From Octopus bimaculoides (taxonomy: Eukaryota): DNA of 48,503 nucleotides. The notes under the pieces were generated by a model. It was not told the origin of the DNA and searched no databases. It worked only from the letters and a program-made list of their open reading frames with translations. Made by a program: the position numbers and the translations under genes. How positions within the stretch are numbered: position 1 is the first letter of the stretch; each line of letters starts with the position of its first letter. The stretch is taken from NCBI RefSeq assembly GCF_001194135.2, contig NC_068988.1, positions 74,067,057 to 74,115,559 on the forward strand, read 5' to 3'. Shown here piece after piece: positions 36,283 through 47,340 of the stretch.

Positions 36283-36820
36283 CCAGCCCACTTATGCATA
36301 CCTTTCCTTCTTTGAACACAAAACTCTACTTGCGAAGATCTGTTGAGGCAAGTGAAATCGTAATTGAACCAAGCACCTGTGCTAGTGGAGCGCTAACAGC
36401 ACATCTGAGTGGGATCACTGCCAAAGCAGCTGGCTGGCTTTTGTGCCGGTGGCTGTAAAAAGCACCATTTGAGCGTGATCATTACCAGCATCGCCTTACT
36501 GGCACTTGTGCTGGTGGCACGTGAACAAAACATTTGAGCAAGGTCGTTGCCAGTGCTGCTGGACTGACACCTGTGCAGGTGGCACATAAAAGACACCATT
36601 TGAGCATAGCCATTGCCAATACCGCCAGACTGGCCCTTGTGCCGGTCACACATAAAATCACCCACTACACTCTTGGAGTGGTTGGCGTTAGGAAGGGCAT
36701 CCAGCTGTAGAAATTCTGCCAGTGCAGCCATCTGGTTCGCCAGTCCTCAGTCAAATCTTCCAACCCATGCTAGCATGGAAAGCAGACGTTAAACGATGAT
36801 GATGATGATGATGATGATGA
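36283..36820 (+). mobile_element. RTE 3' UTR with (GAT)n tail
   Basis: Matches 35250-35705; the first ~140 bp is the inverted copy of 35745-35885. Confidence 0.88.
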
Positions 36821-36854
36821 TAGACGTATATGTATAGATGTATTTATGTATATA

Positions 36855-37052
36855 CTCTTTTACTTGTTTCAGTCATTTGACTGCAGCCATGCTGGAGCAC
36901 TGCCTTTAGTTGAGCAAGTCGATCCGAGGACATATTCTTTGTAAGCCTAGTACTTCTACCGGTCTCTTTTGACGAACCGCTAATTGATGGGGACGTAAAC
37001 ACACCTCCATCGGCAGTCAAGCGATGTTGGGGGAACAAACATAGACACACAA

Positions 37053-37099
<47 letters not shown>

Positions 37100-37263
37100 C
37101 GACGGGCTTCTTCCAGTTTCCATCTAGCAAATCCACTCAAAAGGCTTTGGTTGGCCTGAGGCTATATTAGAAGACACTTGCCCAAGGTACCACACAGTGG
37201 GACTGAACCCAGAACCATGTGGTTGGTAAGCAAGCTACTTACTACACAGCCACTCCGGCATCT
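36855..37263 (-). mobile_element. Full-length bipartite tRNA-derived SINE with an internal (TA/CA)n linker
   Basis: tRNA-like head (gagtggctgtgtagtaagtagc..gggttcagtcccac), central body resembling Nin/Deu-type SINE domains (from memory), microsatellite, second module, tail gaaacaagtaaaagag. Confidence 0.85.
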
Positions 37264-37414
37264 ATTTATATAGATTTATATATATATATATGTATATGTC
37301 AATATGCATGTATATATGTGTACATATTTGAATGAAATCACTAGAGTAATGCTTGAGTTTTTTGGATTCACACAGACAGACATACTCTCAACATATATAT
37401 ATATATATACACAT

Positions 37415-37463
<49 letters not shown>

Positions 37464-37481
37464 TATATATANNNNNNNNNN

Positions 37482-37518
<37 letters not shown>

Positions 37519-37527
37519 TATATATAT

Positions 37528-37568
<41 letters not shown>

Positions 37569-37799
37569 CACATACACACACACACACATATATAGAGAGA
37601 GAGCAATAAGAAAATGGAGGGAATGAATAGGTGGTATTCATCAACTTTTAGACATTATATTATGTCAATTTATTTATTTACTAAAAGGACAATTACAACA
37701 ATATACATACATATAAGACATATTATGCCTTACATATATAAAATATAAAATATCAGTAATTATTAAAATATAACATATAGCAATAGAAATTGGGATAAT

Positions 37800-37920
37800 A
37801 TCTTACAGCTGTTTCAGCCAAGAGGCAAAAATACCTCATTCTACCTTTATCTCTCTAGTGTACTGAAGTAATTAGATGAAATTGAGGTACTTGGGTGTTT
37901 CTCTAGGCTTCATCAGAGAT
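37800..37920 (-). ncRNA. Type I hammerhead ribozyme with intact core and a 94-nt extended stem II
   Basis: Stem I atct/agat; CTGATGA; agcc/ggct, agag/ctct, agtacctca/tgaggtatt; GAAA; palindrome ACAGCTGT; GUA triplet. Confidence 0.8.
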
Positions 37921-38329
37921 TTTAGAAAGTACATAAGGTTAAGTTATAAACATAAATACACACATAAATACATACTTTTACATATACATACATATACATA
38001 AATATACATAAATACATATAGCTACACTTACTTGTACATACATAAATGCATGTATATGCAAACAAATGAATCAATTATTATTATTAGATGCATTATATTA
38101 TTCATATTAGATAAAATATAAACAGAGGTATGAGAAAGTTATAAGAGGAGTAATACTGTAATTTATAAAATCAATATAGCTTACAATTATTTTAGTTATG
38201 TAAGAACAAAACTGTGTATACATGAGGAGCACACATATTTATACACACACACACACATGTATATATATTCCCGTACAAACATACTCATAGGTACATACGT
38301 ATTAGATGTGTTTAGAAGGGAGGATGGAT

Positions 38330-39240
38330 CTGTTCCATTTGAACGGCACATCGAGAAATTAATTTTTTGTAGCTAAACACTTTCAAATTTCAGACACTGG
38401 TAGAATGTGTCATATAAAACATCTTTTACTCTTAGTGCTGTTGAGAAAAGTTTATATTTTCAAAGTTATTTCGTGTTAAAGTTGTCGCATTTCGGTAATT
38501 TCAACCAATCAATGACGTGTATTCAGCTGAATAAAATTACTGTTGTTGTTTGTCAACAACAACTATCGGCGGTGTATATTTCATTTGTCACTGTTATTTA
38601 TGACATCGTTCGTGTGTTTGTACTGGTTTTAGCTTTATGGTTTTAGGGTCAGAGTTAGGGTTTTAGGGCTAGTGATAGGGTTTTAGAGTTAGGGTTAGGG
38701 TTCGGGTGTTAGAGTTAGTATTAAGGTTAGGGTTTGAGGATTAGGGTTAGGGTTAGGGTTTTAAAGTTAGGGTTAAGGTTTTAGGGTTAGGATTAGGGTT
38801 AGGGTTGGGATTTTAGGGTTAGAGTTACAGAAAAATGTGAAAAATGAAGAAATTGGAGGGGGAGGGTGAGGGCAAAAATGTCTTTCCGAAAATAGTAGCT
38901 GAAAAACTAGAAAAAAAAACAATTGCACGAACGATTGTGGTGGTGCCATGAAGTAAACATGCTTCAGATACACTCGTTTATTCATACAAACATAACTGAG
39001 ATGAAATATGTCATAAATAACAGTGACAGATGAAATATACACTGCCGATAGTTGTTGTTGACAAACAACAGCAGTAATTTTATTCAGCTGAATACACGTC
39101 ATTGATTGGTTGAAATTACTGAAATACGACAGCTTTAACATGAAATAACTTTGAAAATATAAACTTTTGATATGAAGTGTGAGAATTTGTGGGAGAACTT
39201 TCAGACATTTATGAAGCACATAGCCGAAATATATCCACAG
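38330..39240. mobile_element. Fold-back (MITE-like) element with ~160-bp inverted arms enclosing TTAGGG-like repeats
   Basis: 38447-38607 is the reverse complement of 39007-39168; outer boundaries are approximate. Confidence 0.7.
38640..38826 (+). repeat. Degenerate (TTAGGG)n interstitial telomere-like tract
   Basis: Many ttaggg/ttagag/ttaagg units read directly. Confidence 0.9.
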
Positions 39241-39826
39241 TGATTTCAGAAAGGTAAAGGTTACAGTTTTTTTTTGTTTTCTTTTTTTGCTTTCGAATTT
39301 TGTTAGAGGCTTTCCTTTTTTTTTTTTTTTTCATTATTTTGTATTTTTTGTTTTCGAATACATGTTCNNNNNNNNNNNNNNNNNNNNNNNNNNNNNNNNN
39401 NNNNNNNNNNNNNNNNNNNNNNNNNNNNNNNNNNNNNNNNNNNNNNNNNNNNNNNNNNNNNNNNNNNNNNNNNNNNNNNNNNNNNNNNNNNNNNNNNNNN
39501 NNNNNNNNNNNNNNNNNNNNNNNNNNNNNNNNNNNNNNNNNNNNNNNNNNNNNNNNNNNNNNNNNNNNNNNNNNNNNNNNNNNNNNNNNNNNNNNNNNNN
39601 NNNNNNNNNNNNNNNNNNNNNNNNNNNNNNNNNNNNNNNNNNNNNNNNNNNNNNNNNNNNNNNNNNNNNNNNNNNNNNNNNNNNNNNNNNNNNNNNNNNN
39701 NNNNNNNNNNNNNNNNNNNNNNNNNNNNNNNNNNNNNNNNNNNNNNNNNNNNNNNNNNNNNNNNNNNNNNNNNNNNNNNNNNNNNNNNNNNNNNNNNNNN
39801 NNNNNNNNNNNNNNNNNNNNNNNNNN

Positions 39827-40045
39827 TATGTTTGTGTGGCTGTGTTTGTCCCCCCAACATCACTTAAAAACCGAAGCTGGTGTGTTTACGTCCCCGTAAC
39901 TTAGCGGTTCGGCAAAATAGACCGATAGAATAAGTACTAGGCTTCCAAAGAATAAGTCCTGGGGTCGATTTGCTCGACTAAAGGCGGTGCTCCAGCATGG
40001 CCGCAGTCAAATGACTGAAACAGATAAAAGAGTAAAGAGTAAAAT
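39827..40045 (+). mobile_element. 3' module of the bipartite SINE (5' part probably in the N gap)
   Basis: Reverse complement of 36855-37055. Confidence 0.85.
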
Positions 40046-40419
40046 GAAAAAATAAAAAAAAGTTACAGCGGTTTTCCCTCAGTGTCTAATCCCAATGTGT
40101 ACCCTAATGGTTTTTGCGTGTTTTTAAATGGCTTACAAACACCTTCCACACTGCAATTGTTAATTCATAGTATTTTCCCATTATGCTCCAGTTTGGCTGG
40201 GTAACATTGCAAACAAGATTCAAGCTGACTTTTAATGTATTATAGATATAGACAGAGTGTGTGAAAGAGAAAATCTACGTGTGTGTGTGTGTGTGTTTGT
40301 GTGTGTGTAATCTATTAGATCTCAAGTTTTAAGGTAAAAAATAAAGAAGACATGTAAGATATTTTATGTGTCATATACTATCAGGTGCTGTTGTTGATAT
40401 TTAATATCTGTAGTGAAAC

Positions 40420-40640
40420 TACCTATCGTCTCTTCCACCTCGATCGCCATTACATACAAAACTACTATCGCCATTACATACATTCTTCTCATTTAAATAT
40501 AAACAAACGCGAGCGTAGCAGAGAACCCATTCCTTGTCATCACGTGACTGATCATTATTCGAAGCGGCAACTTCTTCGAACCGTTCCCGCCAGAACGCAA
40601 ACGGACCAATCACAGCCCTTAATAAGGTCACGTGATAGTG
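40420..40640 (-). promoter_or_regulatory. Candidate Pol II promoter and first exon
   Basis: CpG-rich patch with two TCACGTGA E-boxes (40540, 40628), CCAAT (40606), two ATGGCG YY1-like motifs on the minus strand and a possible donor AG|GTAGTT at 40422. Confidence 0.4.
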
Positions 40641-41140
40641 TTTTTCTGCTACCGTCTGGGAGCCCCCTTAACGCCTTAAATAGATCAACTCATACCCAGC
40701 AAATTTGTCTCGGTTCAGTTTCTCTTAGAGACTGNNNNNNNNNNNNNNNNNNNNNNNNNNNNNNNNNNNNNNNNNNNNNNNNNNNNNNNNNNNNNNNNNN
40801 NNNNNNNNNNNNNNNNNNNNNNNNNNNNNNNNNNNNNNNNNNNNNNNNNNNNNNNNNNNNNNNNNNNNNNNNNNNNNNNNNNNNNNNNNNNNNNNNNNNN
40901 NNNNNNNNNNNNNNNNNNNNNNNNNNNNNNNNNNNNNNNNNNNNNNNNNNNNNNNNNNNNNNNNNNNNNNNNNNNNNNNNNNNNNNNNNNNNNNNNNNNN
41001 NNNNNNNNNNNNNNNNNNNNNNNNNNNNNNNNNNNNNNNNNNNNNNNNNNNNNNNNNNNNNNNNNNNNNNNNNNNNNNNNNNNNNNNNNNNNNNNNNNNN
41101 NNNNNNNNNNNNNNNNNNNNNNNNNNNNNNNNNNNNNNNN

Positions 41141-41588
41141 TAAACGTCTGTCCTCAAGGCCCTGGCATTGAAGCCAAAACACAACTAATGATAAGCTCTG
41201 CCAAACGACGAACGACGAACATCTGTATAACAAGAATCACGGCCCGGCATCGATGCCACGACATCACAACTAGTGATCAGCACTGCCACACACAGCCAAC
41301 TCACTTCACATACAGACTCATACTATTGTGTACTAAAGAACTGGTATAATTGCGCACGTGTTATTGACTCTCTTTCCATCTGCTGTAATAACTCACATAC
41401 ACACACATGTATCACTCACATACACACTTTTCTTTGTATGACGGCCTGTCTTTGATTATGTTATTATATGTCGCATTCACACTCTCACACAGACATACAC
41501 CTTTAACGCCATAATAAATATCTCTGTTACTCATCTAATACGGTTGTGGTCTTTCATTACTGGTCACATATGTTATCGTAGTATAACA
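41141..41588 (+). mobile_element. Probable LTR 3' portion (5' end in the gap)
   Basis: AATAAA near 41514 followed ~70 bp later by a ...TATAACA end; no PBS follows; TSD cannot be checked. Confidence 0.35.
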
Positions 41589-41711
41589 TATCAGGTATAT
41601 CATATTTGATATATATTTGTGTGTTCGACCGTGTGACACGTTTTAAATAAAAGGAGTCCTCTTATTTCCAATCGTCACCATTTCTCCTTTTTGAGTTTCT
41701 CCTTTTAGGCT

Positions 41712-42030
41712 TCTGCACGCTAGCAGACACATATGTAAACACTCACTTTAATTATCTTTCCTCACCCACCCGAATGACTCCTTGACCACAACCTTTAGCT
41801 TCACATCAATAACACCCTCCCTTTATATTTCTATGTAAACTAGCGTTCTTATGCCTAAAGCCCGTGGAATAATATCGGTGACCCCGTCGTAACTCTATGT
41901 AAACAAACCTTCTAACGGTCACTGACCATGTAACATCTCAGCTCGTAAGTTACCCCATCATTTCGTTTTTGTCTTGCTACTAAATGTTTTATTATGTTCT
42001 CCCTGATGAGAAACAAGTGATAATTACAGC
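41712..42030 (+). repeat. ~320-bp dispersed repeat, copy B
   Basis: Nearly identical to 32527-32892. Confidence 0.85.
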
Positions 42031-42296
42031 CCATGTGGTTAGGAAGCAAGCTTCTTGCCACACAGCCACACTTGCACTGATATATATATATGAGAGATAT
42101 TGGTATCCAGAAGACCCAAGGTAGCAGGTAACGCTATGTAAGTGCTATGGAAGGACCGTAGTTAAACTCTCAGTTCAATAATGATATGAGTGAGGAAATT
42201 AATACAGGTCTTGTATGAGCATGTATATGATAAATAAAATGAGACAACAAAGTCAAGGCTGTGTGGAGTTTTCAGGACATTTATGAAAAAAAGTTT

Positions 42297-42344
42297 GTCT
42301 TACAGCTGTTTCTGGGATATTAGGAATATCCCTTCATCAGATAC
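42297..42344 (-). ncRNA. Minimal type I hammerhead motif, core intact, stem I with one mismatch
   Basis: gtat-CTGATGA-a-gggatatt/aatatccc-a-GAAACAGCTGTA-agac. Confidence 0.7.
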
Positions 42345-42729
42345 GATGTGAGATGGTTAAATAGAGGGAAAAATTAGAGTTCAATATAGGAGTTATTTTG
42401 GAGAAGGAAGAAAATAAGGAGTATATAGGGAAATAAGAGAATGAATGTAGAAATAAAAATTAAAATGTATAAAGATGTTATAGTTGCAGTTCCATTATCC
42501 AGGAAAGTGGTGTGTAGAAATGGTATAAATGCTTCCTGTCGATAGTATGTAAATTCCAATAGGAATTCATATTTTGTCATCACAAATGGAAAATGTGGAG
42601 ACATAGATTCCATGTGCTGTTCATTCAAAGGAGTCTTGTGGTGTGAATGAAAATTTGAGAATGTAATGGTAGTATTAAGTGGATAGAGAGAGGAAAAGAG
42701 ATGTGTATGTTAAAATGAAGAGAGAGGTC

Positions 42730-43132
42730 AATATGGAATCGTAACATATAATTGCCAACCAAGTGTGGTGTCCTATACAGGACAGGGCTACCGATGTTTA
42801 TAGTTCCAGGAAGACATCTCTTCCAGCTGGCTAATGACACACATTCTGTGTCCGATTAGTACTTGTGAGGGGAAGTCATTGCTCCCATCTCTAGCATTAC
42901 ATGATACACACGGACTCGAGTTTCTGGATGGTTACCTGTCCTCAATGTGTGTTAATCACCAGCTAGTGATGAAAACTTATTCCACTCGCAAAATATTATA
43001 TACTTTTTCCAGTGACAGATTGTATGTCATTAACCAGCTGGAAGAGATGTCTTCCTGGGCTATAACGTCAGTAACACTGTCCTGTATAGGACTGCACACT
43101 TGGTGAGCAATTATATGTTACAATTCCATATT
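42730..43132. repeat. ~110-bp inverted repeat pair upstream of the 42297 HHR (PLE-type 5' inversion)
   Basis: 42730-42839 is the reverse complement of 43026-43132. Confidence 0.8.
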
Positions 43133-43249
43133 GCTACTGTTTATACCTCACTCAGAGATTTAATATAGCTTATTTCTCCCTTCTCGAGATCAGCGACCGT
43201 CTGTTATTGGGAAAAGCATATAGTATTTTGTGAATGGAATGAGTTTTCA

Positions 43250-46200
43250 TCACAAGCTGGTGATTCCCACTCTTCTGCGTCATTATTCTGCTGCCCGTTT
43301 AATGAGTTAAATTGTCTTTTTTCATTGTTGATTTTATGTTGATGTCTTGTTAAATTGCTGAATATTGAACTGTAAGCGTCATTTTTACGTTGTTTTCACT
43401 CTGCGAGGCGGAAAAATTGTTCTTTCAATTGTGTTTTGTGCTCCTATTGTGAGGAGAGAAATTATTTTTGAACTGTTTTCCCGTTAAGGGAAAATATATT
43501 TGTGTTACAAGATCATTTTTTGTGAAAATGGAAGACGACATAGTGTCGCGTCTTGACTTTCTTCTGTGTGATGTAGACTTCCCACTTTTGCTGGAAGAAA
43601 ACAACCAAGGTAACCAGGTTAACCAAGTCAACCAAAATGTTAACAAGGAAGATAAAAAGGCAAACAGTTTTTCAGCCGCCGTTAGCGGACAATTTTGTGA
43701 TGTCAAAATTTCTAAGGAACAATTGTTCAAATACAGGAATATGATAAAAAGGAACTGGTAATGAGATGAAGTTAATACCTCCAAAAGAAGTAATTCAACA
43801 TGTAGCGGAAAAAACTGTTGTGTACAAAATTTATAATAGAAAAGAAAAAAGAATCATGGCAATGAAAACCGACTTAGTTGAAAAGTGCCTCGCCCCCATA
43901 TGGGGAAAAATAAAATATGTTGGGAGATGGCCTCATAACGCGATGATAGAGGCACAATTTGAAAGTGCTGACGTCGTTAAAGAAATTTCGACGCAGACAT
44001 TAAAAACAGAAGACATAATGCTATTACCCACATACCTCGGCTGGAGAACTTCTAAAATTGTAATAGTGGAAATTCCGGCCAGGTACGACGTTTACTGGAT
44101 GGCAGCAGCACTTATTTATGATGCAGAAGAAGAGATCAATATACTCAGTATGAAGAAGAGAGAAGCTCTCAATTGGAAGGGGCAAACCCTTGAATTGCTG
44201 GTGCAAGCCTCTAACGAGACCTTAGAATCTAGATCAGACAGAATATTTTTAGAGGAGGGTCTCAGTGCAAGAGTGTTGATGGAAGGACGGTGACCCAGAT
44301 GTTTTAAATGCGGAGAGAAGGGTCACGTTCACTCCAAATGTGAAAAAATAAAGAAGCTGACACAAAAGAAAGCAGAGGTCCCTCCCCAACAAGAAAAAGA
44401 CCCGCAGGAGAAAGACGAAAAAAACTAACAAGAAAAAAGATATAGCTAAACCAGGAAAAACTCAAGAGAAAGAAAAACCAGAAGTGAATATACAAGAAAA
44501 CAGAAATGTACCAACAGAAGAAGAGATGGAATTTACTGTAATATTTCATAAAAGGAAAATATCCCTTGCCCCAGACTCCCCTCCCCTTACAAGAAAACGA
44601 AAAGAAACGCTGCAAAACACATAGAAAAGAATAACCCCGTCCACTTCCAAATCGAAACCCTCCCCAAAAATACACACAAGGTGAAAAAATTGTTTCCTAT
44701 AATACAAAAAATGAAGTGCTTCATGACCTCATAACAAGGAAGAAGTACACTACTTGGCGGGCTATGGAAGGCAAACCACCACATTTGTGATTGGTGAGAC
44801 TCGATATAGAGCATTACAAACAGTTTAAACAAAGATACGCTGATGGCATCTTTGACGTAAGTCAATACACTGTCAAGGAGAAAATCGTTTTGGCACCAAC
44901 AGCTAAACCAAAAAAAGACAAAACGAGGAGGGGACGACGAATGTCATGCAGCCCCTCCTCAAGCTTAAAAGGTAAATATTGTAACTTTTTATCATGGTGA
45001 TTTAGTTAGGGTGTGTAAAAATGCATGGTCTGGGGTCGAAATGGAAGCAGACATGCCTCCTAGACGACCTCAGGTCACAAGAGTTGGATATATGTGTTGT
45101 GACTGAGTCCAAGTTGAACGGCCCACAGGCGTTCTCGCCTCTTCTGAACGACTACGAGAAATTTATTTCTTTGAGTCAAGGAAGGGGTGGGGGCATAGTG
45201 GTACTGTTCAAAAAAAGCTTGGACGTACAGGTACGTACAGTCTTTCTAGACCCAGAAGGTAGGCTGGTCGTTCTAGATGTGACACACGTAAGTAAACAGT
45301 CCTTCAGGTTGGTGGCAGTCTATGCTCCGAAAGAGGATAGACAAACGGTTTTCTTTCGAGACTTGGAGAATTTCCTAGTAACATCGAAAAACTTTAGTTT
45401 TAACAGGAGACTGCAACACTATTCTTGATGCGCGAGTGGATAGTGTAAGCTCAACTAATAGAAAGGGAAGGCGGCGAGCTGGCAGAAACGTTAGCACGCC
45501 GGCGAAATGCTTAGCGGTATTTTATCTGCTGTTATGTTCTGAGTTCAAATTCCGCCGAGGTCGACTTTGCCTTTCATCCTTTCGGGATCGATAAATTAAG
45601 TACCAGTTACGCACTGGAGTCGATGTAATCGACTTAATCCCTTTGTCTGTCCTTGTTTGTCCCCTCTATGTTTAGCCCCTTGTGGGCAATAAGGAAATAA
45701 GAAAGGGAAGCCCTGGCCTAAAAAAGGCTACTAGCGAGCTATAAACTAGTAGACTGCTACAGACTGGATGAACCACTCATTCCACAGTGGATGTGGTCTA
45801 ATAACGATGGTTCACTCAGGTCTTATTTAGATAGGGTTATCATAAAAGATAGTGATAGAGATACAGTTAGTCATCCACATTTTCATTGTACCTCCTACAT
45901 GGATCACAAATTTGTGACATGTGAGGTACAGCTAGCTATGTGTCATAGACAGGGACCCGGTTACAGGAAGATGAACAAGTCTATTTTGACGAGTAAAGTC
46001 TTCCATACCTGGGTTAAGGAGTTAGTTCAGAGGGCATTATGCAGAACCATCATAAACAACAGATGGTGGTGCACCCTAAAACGAGCCATTCGTTTAGAGT
46101 CTCTCAGATTTAGTAAAGAGCTAAGTTTAGAGGGGACTAGAATAGAAGGGCAGTTAACTAAGGAATTAGAGGAGGCCATAGCATCAGGCTCTGCATCCAG

Positions 46201-47340
46201 AGTGTTGGCAGCGAGAACGGTATTATTCCGTCACCTCCAAGCCAAACATGAAGGGTGTAGAGTCAGGGCTAAGTTACACGCGGTGGGCAGAGAAGGTATT
46301 AACGTTGCTGGATGGGCCCGTCGTGTGGTGGAGAGTTGGAGAGGCAGAGAAGCCTCTGTACAGTTTTTAATTGACGAACAGGGGCGTGTGATCGAAGGAT
46401 AGGAGGAAATTCAGAAGGCCTTTCATCAGCATTTCGTCTGATTGTTTGGGACGAGTGAGGCGTTGGAAGCCCCCAAGGGATTTCCTGGCCAACAGGCCGC
46501 ATCTCTCAGCACGTGAGGCGGAATGCTGTGAAGGGCCGATCACAGCTGCGGAGGTCGAAGAGGTGCTGGCCGAATGCACTCGGGACAAGTTGCCAGGACT
46601 GGATGGTTTGCTCTACGAATTCTATAGTAGTATGCCGGACTTGTTTGGGCACTTGCTGACTTGCGTGTACATGAACTGGCAACAGAATGGGAAAATTCCC
46701 AGCTCTGTGAGTCAGGGAGTGGTAACACTGGTCAGAAAAGACCCAAGCAAGGGGGATGATATTAGTAATTTCAGGCCCATAACTCTACTAAATGTAGAGT
46801 TAACGATTTTGGCCAAGGTGTTAGCAAAAAGGTTGACAGTTGTCGTGAAGAAACTTGTCGGAAAGGTGCAAACTTGTGTCATCCCTGGCAGGTTAATACA
46901 GGACAATCTTCATCTATTACGCTACACCTTAGACAGGGTGGGTAAAGTATCCGGTAAAGGTGGGGCACTGGTACATTTAGACCAAAGTAAAGCTTTCAAT
47001 AGGGTTGACCATCAGTACCTGGTGGCAGTCCTTGAGGCAGCTGGGCTGGGCCCAGATTTCCGCAGTTGGATCAAGGCCATTTATGGTGGTATCAAATCCA
47101 CAGTTCAGTTGGACGGTTACCTATCGGAACCATTTGAGATCAAACGTTCAGTTCGTCAAGGATGCCCTCTGTCTCCGCTTCTGTATGTCCTGACTCCTGA
47201 GCTATTACTGCGAAAGTTGGGGAATTTGGGAAGCACCCATAATGAAATCAGATGTGGGAAGAGTGTCTCTGCATATGTGGATGACATCACCATCACCGTA
47301 TCCAACATGACTCAGCTACCTCGTGCAGCTGAGGCAATCA
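43250..47340 (+). mobile_element. L1/Tx1-type LINE (ORF1 with CCHC knuckle, ORF2 APE plus RT), disrupted and 3'-truncated
   Basis: ORF1 remnants 43528-45000 including CFKCGEKGHVHSKC; ORF2 from ATG 44994 with HGL..ELDICVVTESKL, VAVYAP, GD.N, SYLDRV, PGLDGL..EFY, FRPITLLN, DQSKAFNRVDH, VRQGCPLSPLL, YVDD; 5' boundary approximate. Confidence 0.9.
45471..45699 (+). mobile_element. Young tRNA-derived SINE (CORE-like body) inserted in the LINE endonuclease
   Basis: Head ggcggcgagctggcagaaacg, B-box gagttcaaattcc, tcatcctttcgggatcgataaattaagtacc; 11-bp TSD AGAAAGGGAAG at 45460-45470 and 45700-45710. Confidence 0.93.

Noticed and set aside
43170-43230. Possible snRNA/tRNA target site at the Tx1-like LINE 5' flank
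   Set aside because: No convincing match to U2, tRNA or rRNA sequences as I recall them
44304-44865. F/L-rich minus-strand ORFs suggesting membrane proteins
   Set aside because: Antisense shadows of the A-rich LINE ORF1 region
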